Below are positions 28,805-38,106 of a stretch of 64,000 nucleotides of DNA, in pieces. How positions within the stretch are numbered: position 1 is the stretch's first letter; every line of letters begins with the position of its first letter. The notes under the pieces are model-generated. The model was not told the DNA's origin, made no database searches, and saw only the letters and a program-made list of their open reading frames with translations. The position numbers and the translations under genes are program-made. Where the stretch lies: the NCBI GenBank assembly GCA_021324595.1, contig JAJPIV010000048.1, forward strand, positions 1,876 through 65,875, read 5' to 3'. This DNA comes from Actinomycetota bacterium (GTDB lineage: Bacteria > Actinomycetota > Actinomycetes > Streptosporangiales > Streptosporangiaceae).

Positions 28805-29268
28805 CCAGCACCGCGACCACGACCGGCACCCAGGTCTACCAGATCTACATCAACGCCCCGCAGCAGAAGGTGTGGGAGGCGATCACCACCCCCGAGATCG
28901 TCTCGAAGTACTTCCACGGCGCCCGGGTCGAGGGCAGCTACCAGGCCGGGACCAGGATCCGCACGGTCTCCCCGGACGGCGCCCAGGAGTGGGGGAACAA
29001 CACCGTCCTGGAGGCCGATCCGCCGCGCCGGCTCGTGCACACCTGGCGCAGCCTGTACGACCCGGAACTGGCGGCCGAGCCCGAGAGCCGGGTCACCTGG
29101 GAGATCGAGGCCCTCCCCGGCGGGTTCTCCCGGCTCACCCTCATCCACGACCGGCTCGACGCCTCGCCCAGGACCGCCGCGAGCGTCACCGGCTGGTCCT
29201 ACTTCCTCAGCAGCCTCAAGTCGGTCCTGGAGACCGGCAGCCCGCTGCCGCCGGTTCCGGACATGTGA
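28801..29268 (+). CDS. SRPBCC/AHSA1 (START-like) family protein
   Basis: Typical ArsR partner. ATGA overlap. VWEAITTPEIVSKYF...TWEIEALPGGFSRLTLIHD pattern. Confidence 0.8.
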   Translation: MTSTATTTGTQVYQIYINAPQQKVWEAITTPEIVSKYFHGARVEGSYQAGTRIRTVSPDGAQEWGNNTVLEADPPRRLVHTWRSLYDPELAAEPESRVTWEIEALPGGFSRLTLIHDRLDASPRTAASVTGWSYFLSSLKSVLETGSPLPPVPDM

Positions 29269-29296
29269 AGGCCGGGCGCTCGCGCCGCCCGGCCTT
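29268..29296. terminator. Bidirectional hairpin AAGGCCGGGCG-N7-CGCCCGGCCTT between convergent genes
   Basis: 11-bp perfect stem with a 7-nt loop, starting at the SRPBCC stop codon. Confidence 0.6.
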
Positions 29297-29329
29297 CAGA
29301 TTCTGCCGGCCGGGCGGCGCGGCACTGGC

Positions 29330-29599
29330 TCAGTCGCCGGGCTCTCCCTCCCGCGCGAACTTGTCCCTGAAGTACTCCACGATCCGGCTCGCCTGCTCGT
29401 GGCTCACCTCGACCAGTTCCTCATCCAAGCTGCCGTGCTCCCACTCGACGATGAGCGAGGTCCGCGCCCAGCTCATGTCCCGGCGTAGGCCCTCGTCCTC
29501 CGGCCCGTCGTCATGGTGCAGGCGGCGCAGCAGCCCCAGCGGGCGTTCGGCCGTGGCCCCGCCGTCGGTGATCGCGTAGTACGTGATCGCGCCACTCAT
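29330..29599 (-). CDS. Small acidic protein (89 aa), candidate antitoxin/immunity partner
   Basis: The ATG overlaps the stop of the upstream gene (ATGA at 29596-29599). Rich in D/E (…HHDDGPEDEGL…SLDEELVEVSHEQ…). I recognise no family. Confidence 0.6.
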   Translation of the reverse strand: MSGAITYYAITDGGATAERPLGLLRRLHHDDGPEDEGLRRDMSWARTSLIVEWEHGSLDEELVEVSHEQASRIVEYFRDKFAREGEPGD

Positions 29600-30843
29600 C
29601 GCTGGTCACCTTCCTGCTCCCGGAATCCCGTGACCCCCGGGGGCCTCGGGATGGCGGCGCTCACCAAGCGCTGGTAGTCCTCCAGGGCGTGCCGCTCGGC
29701 GCGGGTGACGGCGAGCGACCGCAGGCGCCGGTAGGCGCGGTGGGTGAGGCTCTCCTTGGCGTAGAAGCTCTCCGGGGTGTGGAACTGCAGCTCGAACCTG
29801 CCCCCCGCCGGGGTCTGCCACCGCGTGTTGATGCCCTTGTACTCCGGGTCGTCCCGCCAGCCGTCCTTCCGGTGGATCATGGCGTACCCCGCCGCTTCCA
29901 GGCGCCGCCGCACGTCCTCACACCCGCGAACATACCGTTCCCGGTCGAAGCAGAAGGTGTACCGGACCGCGTCGCCGACGTGGCCAATGGCCTCCTCCGG
30001 AGTCATGCCAACCCGGGCCGTCAGCTTGTCCGCGATCTTCTCCTTGAGGCGCTGCTCGCCCTTGAGCCGGTGCTCGAAGCCCATCAGGCGGCCCCCGTGC
30101 GGGTTCTCGCGCTCGATCAGCCGCAGCACCCTGCTGACCTGTGATTCCGGCTCGCGAAGCCGGGCGATCATCCGGTCGGCGAGCGCGTTCTGCCCGGGGT
30201 CGAGGTACCGGCCCCCCTCGCCGCGCCAGGAGCCCGGCGGGTCGCCCGGGCGCCGCCCGGCGGCGTCGCGCTCACCGGGCGCCTCCGGCCACCGGGCGAG
30301 GTGCTGCGCCCAGACGCGCTCGAGCCGCCCGACCTGGTTCCAGAACGCCCGGTCCGGCGCGTCCGCCCCGGAACGCTCCTGCGGCGCGCCAGGCCGGTCC
30401 GCGCCGCCATCCCGCTGGCCCTGCTCCCGCTGGCCCTGGTCCCGCTGGCCGTCGCCGGGCCGATGGTCACCCCGCCGGCCGTCCTCGGACCGCCGGCCGG
30501 CCTCGCCGGCCGGCCACCCCGGCGCGACCATCCTGCCCGGCCGGTCCGCGACGGTGCCCGGCGCCTCTCGCTGACGGGCCCGCGAGGCACGCCGGGCGCC
30601 CGGCCCGGCGCGGTCCCCGGCGAGGACCCCGCCAGGCCCGCGCCCGTACTCCGGTGAGCTCGGGTGGAAGGCAGGCAGCCGCCGCAGGCGCGCCTGCAGC
30701 GCGTCGCGGAGCACGCTCCGGTCAGCAAAGGTGACAGCGTGGTCGGCCGCCCGGCCCGCGCGTGCGTCTAACCGCTCGGTGTTGTCCTCCCACCGCTCGG
30801 TGTTGTCCTCGCCCAACGGCCGCCTCGCCCCTTCCCGCGGCAC
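29596..30843 (-). CDS. RelA/SpoT-like (small-alarmone-synthetase / toxSAS-like) nucleotidyltransferase-domain protein with a long low-complexity N-terminus
   Basis: The C-terminal ~165 aa carry, in order, HRLKGEQRLKEK, GDAVRYT, EYKGIN, FELQFHT and THRAY. These mirror RxKSxxSxxEK, DxxGxR, GYRSxH, ExQIRT and HxxYK of RSH synthetase domains. There is no hydrolase, TGS or ACT domain. GTG start at 30843; the true start is uncertain. Confidence 0.6.
   Translation of the reverse strand: MPREGARRPLGEDNTERWEDNTERLDARAGRAADHAVTFADRSVLRDALQARLRRLPAFHPSSPEYGRGPGGVLAGDRAGPGARRASRARQREAPGTVADRPGRMVAPGWPAGEAGRRSEDGRRGDHRPGDGQRDQGQREQGQRDGGADRPGAPQERSGADAPDRAFWNQVGRLERVWAQHLARWPEAPGERDAAGRRPGDPPGSWRGEGGRYLDPGQNALADRMIARLREPESQVSRVLRLIERENPHGGRLMGFEHRLKGEQRLKEKIADKLTARVGMTPEEAIGHVGDAVRYTFCFDRERYVRGCEDVRRRLEAAGYAMIHRKDGWRDDPEYKGINTRWQTPAGGRFELQFHTPESFYAKESLTHRAYRRLRSLAVTRAERHALEDYQRLVSAAIPRPPGVTGFREQEGDQR
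30410..30454. repeat. 15-bp tandem repeat x3 (TCCCGCTGGCCCTGC and variants) in the toxin-like gene
   Basis: Read directly. Encodes GQRDQGQREQGQRDG. Confidence 0.8.
30771..30812. repeat. 21-bp tandem repeat x2 (1 mismatch) at the 5' end of the toxin-like gene
   Basis: Read directly. Encodes EDNTERW-EDNTERL. Confidence 0.85.
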
Positions 30844-30946
30844 CCGGTTGCTGCCCCGCCCGGCTGCTGCGGTACCCGGCTCCCGGTGGCAACCGGCACC
30901 GGTCCATTAGAGCATGACATTCGTCCGATGCGGGCCGGTCCCAGGA

Positions 30947-31306
30947 TCACCGGTAGCTGCCGCCCTTGACCGGCAGGCCGTTCGCTGCCCACGCCGACAT
31001 GCCGCCGCGCAGGTTGTAGGCCTCGCGGCCGGCGCGGGCGAGGAACCGGGCGGCTCGCGCCGAGCGCATGCCGGACTGGCAGACGGCGATCACCGGGCGG
31101 TCGTGCGGGATCTCCGCGAGCCGCGCGGGGAGCGATCCGAGAGGGATGTGGCGGGCCGCCGGGGCATGCCCCGTGCTCCACTCGTGCCGCTCCCGGACGT
31201 CGATCAGGACCGCGCGCCGCTGTGCGAGCAGCGCCTGGACCTCGCCCGCCGCGATCGTGCCGTATGGCCTGGTGAACATCTTCCTCAGCGTCGTGCCGAT
31301 GCCCAT
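30947..31306 (-). CDS. Single-domain rhodanese sulfurtransferase
   Basis: Active-site loop VCQSGMRSARAA. ATG 31306 is preceded by GGAGAGAG. The 346-aa track ORF was trimmed. Confidence 0.85.
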   Translation of the reverse strand: MGIGTTLRKMFTRPYGTIAAGEVQALLAQRRAVLIDVRERHEWSTGHAPAARHIPLGSLPARLAEIPHDRPVIAVCQSGMRSARAARFLARAGREAYNLRGGMSAWAANGLPVKGGSYR

Positions 31307-31489
31307 GCTCTCGCTCTCTCCGCCGATGCTCTCGCCCGGGACGGTGCCCCGGGCTGCCTGCGCCCCGCCCTGGCGTGCCCGCCCGCCTGCCCGCGGCCGC
31401 GGGACTGGGCGGCACGGGACCAAGGTCCCTGCAGGCGAGGGACAGGCGTCCCTGGCCAATATACCCCTGTGGGTATCTAGCCTGACCGC

Positions 31490-31876
31490 ATGGAGGTCAC
31501 GTTCGTCTCTGGGGAGTCCTACGAGGTCGCGATCCGGGGCCATCGGATCGTGGTCGACCAGCCGGCCGAGGACGGGGGCGAGGACACCGCCCCGACGCCG
31601 ACCGAGCTGTTCGTCGCGTCGCTGGCCAGTTGCGTCGCCTACTTCGCCGGCCGTTACCTGACCAGGCACGGGTACGACCGGACCGGCCTGGCCGTCTCCG
31701 CCGACGTCGAGCTCGCGCCGGACCGGCCTTCCCGCGTGGGCCGCATCGCGATTACCGTCAAGGTGCCGACCGAGGTGCCGGAGTCTCGGTGGCCCGCGCT
31801 CGCCGCGGTGGCCGAGCACTGCACGGTTCACAACAGCATGCGCCAGCCGCCGCGCGTCAGCATCGAGCTGACCTGA
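31490..31876 (+). CDS. OsmC/Ohr-family protein
   Basis: 128 aa with two conserved Cys contexts (LASCVAYF, AEHCTVHN). Confidence 0.8.
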   Translation: MEVTFVSGESYEVAIRGHRIVVDQPAEDGGEDTAPTPTELFVASLASCVAYFAGRYLTRHGYDRTGLAVSADVELAPDRPSRVGRIAITVKVPTEVPESRWPALAAVAEHCTVHNSMRQPPRVSIELT

Positions 31877-31920
31877 CGCCTCGGCCCGCGGGAGCTGGCG
31901 CAGGGGAGGTCGTGGTGAGC

Positions 31921-33702
31921 ATGGCGGACGGCACGGTCGGCACGGCAGCGGGCGCGGCGGCCCATCCATCGCCCGGCCCGGTGGCACCCGCCGATGCGCT
32001 GATCGAGCGGATCAGGAACGGGATCATCGGAGAGGGCGAGGTGCTGGACGGCCCGTTCGGGCCCCGGCGGATCACCTACGCGGACTACACCGCCTCCGGC
32101 AGATCGCTCGGCTTCATCGAGGACGCGATCCGCGCGCACGTGCTGCCGACCTACGCGAACACGCATACCGAGAGCTCGGGCACCGGCCTGGCGACGAGCC
32201 GCCTCCGCGAGGAGGCCAGGCGGATCATTCGTGACGCGGTCGGCGGCACGCAGGATGACCTGGTGATCTTCTGCGGATCCGGCTCGACGGCCGCGGTGAA
32301 CAAGCTCGTCGGGATCCTGGAGATCCGCGTGCCGGCCGGCCTGGACGACCGCCACCGGCTCACCCGCGCGATCCCCGCCGCCGAGCGCCCGGTGGTGTTC
32401 GTCGGCCCCTACGAGCACCACTCGAACGAGCTGCCCTGGCGGGAGTCGATCGCCGACGTGGTCGAGATCGGCGCGGATGCGGACGGCCACGTGGACCTGG
32501 CGGACCTGGAGGCCCGGCTCGCCGCCCACGCGGACCGGCCCCTGAAGATCGGCAGCTTCTCGGCCGCCTCGAACGTGACCGGCATCCTGACCGACACCGA
32601 GGCGATCGCCGCCCTGCTGCACGCCCACGGCGCGCTGTCCTTCTGGGACTACGCGGCCGCGGCCCCCTACGTCCGGATCCGGGTGCGCGAGTCCCGGCCG
32701 GGAGCGGGCGATCACAAGGACGCGGTGTTCATCTCCCCGCACAAGTTCATCGGAGGCCCGCAGACCCCTGGCGTCCTCGTCGTCCGCCGCGACCTGGTCC
32801 GCAACCGCGTGCCCACGGCACCCGGCGGCGGGACGGTCGCGTTCGTCGGCCCCGCCAGCCACCGGTACCTGGACGACCCGGTGGCCCGGGAGGAGGGCGG
32901 CACGCCCGCGATCATCGAGTCGATCCGCGCCGGCCTGGTCTTCGCGCTCAAGGAGGCGGTCGGCACCGACGTGATCAAGGAGCGCGAGGAGAGGCTGTGG
33001 AAGCGGGCCCTGGCCCGCTGGTCGGCCCACCCGGCGATCGAGGTGCTCGGCAACACCCACGCCCCCCGGCTGTCGATCGTCTCGCTGCGGATCAGGCACG
33101 GCGGGCGGTACCTGCACCACAACTTCGTGGTCGCGCTGCTCAACGACCTGTTCGGGATCCAGTCCCGCGGCGGCTGCTCGTGCGCCGGCCCCTACGGGCA
33201 CCGGCTGCTCGACATCAGCGCGGCGCGCTCGGTCGCCTTCGACCAGGAGATCGGGCGCGGCTGCGAGGGCATCAAGCCCGGCTGGGTCCGGATCAACTTC
33301 AACTACTTCATCTCCGACGCGGTCGCCGACTACCTGATCGACGCGGTCGTCGAGCTCGCCGAGCGCGGCCACCGACTGCTCCCCCAGTACCGCTTCGACC
33401 CGGCGACCGGCCTGTGGCGGCACCGCAGCGCCCGCCCGGCAGCACCCGCCCCGGCCGGCGGCCTCGCCGGCCTGGCTCTCGCCCCCGCCGCGGCCGCGGC
33501 CGCAGGGACCGCGAGCGCACCCGCCGCGGCGCCGGCCGCCCGCGCCCGGGCCGTCGGCGAGGAGGCGCTCCCGGGGTACCTGGCGCAAGCCCGCGACCTG
33601 CTCGCCGGCCTGCCCGACCCGTCCGAGGACGGCCCGACCGGCCTGGACGAGGACTTCGAGGCGCTCCGCTGGTTCGTGCTCCCGCCCGCCTGCCTCGCGT
33701 AG
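31921..33702 (+). CDS. Aminotransferase class V-fold PLP enzyme (cysteine-desulfurase-like)
   Basis: YADYTASGRSL, ANTHTESSGTG and SPHKFIGGP (PLP Lys) motifs. ATG 31921 lies 11 nt after GGGGAGG. Confidence 0.75.
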   Translation: MADGTVGTAAGAAAHPSPGPVAPADALIERIRNGIIGEGEVLDGPFGPRRITYADYTASGRSLGFIEDAIRAHVLPTYANTHTESSGTGLATSRLREEARRIIRDAVGGTQDDLVIFCGSGSTAAVNKLVGILEIRVPAGLDDRHRLTRAIPAAERPVVFVGPYEHHSNELPWRESIADVVEIGADADGHVDLADLEARLAAHADRPLKIGSFSAASNVTGILTDTEAIAALLHAHGALSFWDYAAAAPYVRIRVRESRPGAGDHKDAVFISPHKFIGGPQTPGVLVVRRDLVRNRVPTAPGGGTVAFVGPASHRYLDDPVAREEGGTPAIIESIRAGLVFALKEAVGTDVIKEREERLWKRALARWSAHPAIEVLGNTHAPRLSIVSLRIRHGGRYLHHNFVVALLNDLFGIQSRGGCSCAGPYGHRLLDISAARSVAFDQEIGRGCEGIKPGWVRINFNYFISDAVADYLIDAVVELAERGHRLLPQYRFDPATGLWRHRSARPAAPAPAGGLAGLALAPAAAAAAGTASAPAAAPAARARAVGEEALPGYLAQARDLLAGLPDPSEDGPTGLDEDFEALRWFVLPPACLA

Positions 33703-33763
33703 CGCGGGCGCGGCCGGGGACAACCGGGCGCGGCGCGGGGATGCCCGGGCGGGCGCGCCGCGC

Positions 33764-34279
33764 TCAGATGAACAGCAGCTGCGCGCCCTCGGTCTTCTCG
33801 ATGAAGTCCGCGGCGCTGATGATCCCCTCGACCCGCTCGTACAAGTCGCCCAGGTCCAGGTGCATCATGTCGGCCGACATCTTGCACGCCCACAGGTGCC
33901 CGCCGGAGTCGGTGATCTGCTCCAGGAACTCCGGCACGTCGGGAACGCCGACCTCCCTGATCTGCCTGCGCATCTGGTGGGTCGCCACGGCGGTCATCCC
34001 GGGCAGGCCGCCGAGCCCCTGCGGCATGTGCGTGGCCGTGTTGCCGAGCATGGTGAACTTCAGGTCCCCCATCCGCGACTTCGTGATGATGTCGAAGCCC
34101 CAGAAGGTGAAGAACAGATCGACCTGGACGCCCTCGCCCAGCGCGGCGTTGGCCAGGATCAGGCCCGGGTAGGCCATGTCCAGGTTCCCCTTGGAGCAGA
34201 TGATGGCGAGCTTGCGGCCCTCCGATGCGGCGTCGCCGAAGTCGGGGATGATGGCCGGCTCTTCCTGCGTGGTGCTCAT
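33764..34279 (-). CDS. DsrE/DsrF-like sulfur-relay family protein
   Basis: KLAIICSKGNLDMAYPGLILANAA...GHLWACKMS pattern. RBS GAGGAGGAGG. Confidence 0.75.
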   Translation of the reverse strand: MSTTQEEPAIIPDFGDAASEGRKLAIICSKGNLDMAYPGLILANAALGEGVQVDLFFTFWGFDIITKSRMGDLKFTMLGNTATHMPQGLGGLPGMTAVATHQMRRQIREVGVPDVPEFLEQITDSGGHLWACKMSADMMHLDLGDLYERVEGIISAADFIEKTEGAQLLFI

Positions 34280-34324
34280 CGCGTGCCTCCTCCTCGGTGC
34301 CCGTCTCACCCGCCCGGGCCGGCG

Positions 34325-34639
34325 TCAGACGCAGCCGACCGGCTTGGGCAGCCCGGCGATGTAGGCCATCTTCTTCGCCGGCTTGCCGGGGAACAGGGTG
34401 AACAACTCCCTCACCGGGATGCCGGCCACGGTCGAGACCCGGCGCAGCGTGGGGGTCTCGCCCTGCTCCTTGTAGTCCTCGCGCAGGAACCTGAGCACGC
34501 GCAGGTGTGCGTCGGTCAGCTCGATCCCGATGTTCGCGGCCAGCTGCCGGGCCAGGTCCTCGCTCCACTCGTCGTAGTCGGTCAGGAACCCCTCGGAGTC
34601 GACGTGGACCTGCGTGGCCCCGATCGTGGTGACAGGCAT
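34325..34639 (-). CDS. TusE/DsrC-family sulfur carrier
   Basis: C-terminus AGLPKPVGCV (invariant terminal Cys arm). No second Cys 10-11 residues upstream, so TusE-type. The ATG overlaps the SQR stop (TGATG). Confidence 0.85.
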   Translation of the reverse strand: MPVTTIGATQVHVDSEGFLTDYDEWSEDLARQLAANIGIELTDAHLRVLRFLREDYKEQGETPTLRRVSTVAGIPVRELFTLFPGKPAKKMAYIAGLPKPVGCV

Positions 34640-35883
34640 CAGTCCTCCCTCGGCTGGTGCTTTCCCGCCATCGACATCCGCGCCGGCAGCAGGGGGATCG
34701 GCCGGCCCGGCAGCATCACGTGCCAGTACATCCACCGGAAGGCGAGCTTCCCCCAGTGGTTGCGGGCGCTCTCCCGCAGCAGGCTGAACGGCCCGAGCGC
34801 CGGGACCGGGTAGCTGCCGGGGAGCGGCTCGGTGTCGTAGTTGAAGTCGAGGAGCAGTCCCTTGCCGTCCCCGGACTCCAGGAAGCAGTTGGCGTGCCCG
34901 TCGTAGGCGCCGGTCATCGGCTGGCCGGCCGCGTGCTGCAGGAAGTTCCCGGCGAAGACCTCGGCCTGGAAGTGCGCCGAGGACCCCGCCTTCGACGCGG
35001 GGAGATCGGCGGCGTCCCCGATGGCGAAGATGTTCGCGTGCGCGCGGGACAGCAGGGTGTGCTTGTCCGCGGGGACGTAGTTCAGCTCGTCGCCGAGCCC
35101 GGACCGCGCGATGTAGTCGGCGCCCATGTTCAGCGGGACGGTCACGAGGAGGTCGAACGGGACCTCGCGCTCGTCATAGGAGACCAGGACCTTGCGCTCG
35201 GCGTCGACCCGCTCGGTGACGAAGTCGGGCTCGACCGTGATCTTGCGCTCGTCCAGCATCGAGCCGAGGAGGGCGGAGGCGGCCGGCTTGGTGAACGCGC
35301 CATCCAGCGGCGTGACGTAGCTCAGCTCCACCCGGTCCCGCATCCCCAGCCGCCGGAAGCGGGCCTCGGCCAGGAACGCGAACTCCAGCGGCGCGACCGG
35401 GCACTTGATCGGCATGTCGACCAGGTGGACGACGAGGCGGCCGCCGTCGAACCGGGCCAGCGCCTCCGCGAGCGCGCGGGCCCCGTCCAGCGTGTAGAAG
35501 TCGAAGACGGACGCGCGCCACTGCCCGCCGAGCATGCCGGGGGTCTGGTCCGGCCGGGGCGCGGTGCCCGTGGCGATCACGAGGTAGTCGTAGCCGAGCC
35601 GGCGGCCGCCGGCGAGCAGCACCTCGCCGGCGTCGGCGTCGATCCGGTCGATCTCGCCGGGCACGAACTCGACGCCATCGGGGAGGAACCTGCGGCGCGG
35701 CTTGACGATCTGCGCGACCTGGTACTCCCCGAACGGGACGAACAGCAGGCCCGGCTGGTAGACATGCAGGTCGTCGCGGTCCACCACGGTGATCCGCCAA
35801 TCCGAGCGGCTCAGCCGCCGGCGGAGCTTGTTCACCACCATCGTCCCGGCCGTGCCGCCGCCGAGCACCAGCAGATGCCGCAT
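34639..35883 (-). CDS. FAD-dependent sulfide:quinone oxidoreductase-like pyridine-nucleotide-disulfide oxidoreductase
   Basis: N-terminal VLGGGTAGTMV (FAD fold). Length 414 aa. Coupled to tusE/dsrE-like genes. Confidence 0.75.
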   Translation of the reverse strand: MRHLLVLGGGTAGTMVVNKLRRRLSRSDWRITVVDRDDLHVYQPGLLFVPFGEYQVAQIVKPRRRFLPDGVEFVPGEIDRIDADAGEVLLAGGRRLGYDYLVIATGTAPRPDQTPGMLGGQWRASVFDFYTLDGARALAEALARFDGGRLVVHLVDMPIKCPVAPLEFAFLAEARFRRLGMRDRVELSYVTPLDGAFTKPAASALLGSMLDERKITVEPDFVTERVDAERKVLVSYDEREVPFDLLVTVPLNMGADYIARSGLGDELNYVPADKHTLLSRAHANIFAIGDAADLPASKAGSSAHFQAEVFAGNFLQHAAGQPMTGAYDGHANCFLESGDGKGLLLDFNYDTEPLPGSYPVPALGPFSLLRESARNHWGKLAFRWMYWHVMLPGRPIPLLPARMSMAGKHQPRED

Positions 35884-35948
35884 CGGGCTCCCCCTCCGGT
35901 CACGGTTCCTGCCCGGACCCTCACGCTAGGCCCCGGCGGCGGCCCAGG

Positions 35949-37090
<1,142 letters not shown>

Positions 37091-37094
<4 letters not shown>

Positions 37095-37993
37095 GACGCC
37101 ATCATGCCGCTCCCGCCCGTGAGGTGACGGGGCCAGAGCCGGCGGGCGCGCACCACGCACGCCTCGACCGCGTACAAGGTGACCTGCGCCTGCAGGTACA
37201 ACCAGGCGAGCAGGCCGAGGACCACGCCGAACACGCCGTACAGCGCCGAGCTGTGCGCGAGCGTCCGGCCCACGATGTAGCCGCCGAGGAGCTGGAGCAC
37301 CTGCCAGCTGACCGCCGCGAGCGCGGCCGCCAGCCGCAGGTCGCCCCAGCCGACCTCGGCCGCCGTGGCGAGGCGAAGGGCGAGCCAGAACACGCCGGCG
37401 TTCAGGGCGAGCGCGCAGGCGATGGTCGCGGCCTGGAGCCACGCCCCGGTGACCACGTGGCCGAGCCCGCCGGCCAGCGAGGACAGCGGCGTGGTGACGA
37501 TCTGGCCGATCCCGACCACCAGGACCAGCCCGATGCCGCGCAGCAGCGACCAGGGGAACGCGGGCCTGCGCTCGGGCGGGATGGCCCACACCGTGTTCAT
37601 GGCGTTCTGCGCGGCCATCGCCACGCCCCGCGCGCCCAGCAGCGCGCCGATCAGGCCGGCCGCCAGCGCCAGGCCGGTGGCCCGCAGCGGGTGAACGCTG
37701 CTGCCGATCTGCGGCCCGATCACCGGGTAGGCGCGCAGCGCGGAGCCGAGCACCCGGCGGCGCAGCGCCGGGTCGCGCCTGACCACGATGTCCAGCACCG
37801 TGACGAGCGCGAGCAGCAGGGGGAACGTGGCGACGAACGCGTAGTAGGCGATCAGCGCGGCCAGGCTCCCCGCCTGGTCGTCGCCGAACTTCCGCCACAC
37901 CGCCACCGGGAACGCCAGCGGCGGCCACCGGCGCTGTGCCCGGTCGGCCGCCTCCAGCGCCCTCGCCACGGCTGCTCGCATCACCTGCCACAT
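37091..37993 (-). CDS. YihY/BrkB-family membrane protein
   Basis: GDDQAGSLAALIAYYAFVATFPLLL motif and about 6 TM segments. Confidence 0.8.
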
Positions 37994-38106
37994 GCCCGCG
38001 CGCGCCCGGCGTCACCCGGAACGGGCGCGCCCCGCTGGAAACTCTTTAGCGAGGTGAAATATCGTGGGTGCCTGGCTCGTTGAGCAGATGACCCCGGACC
38101 ACACCA

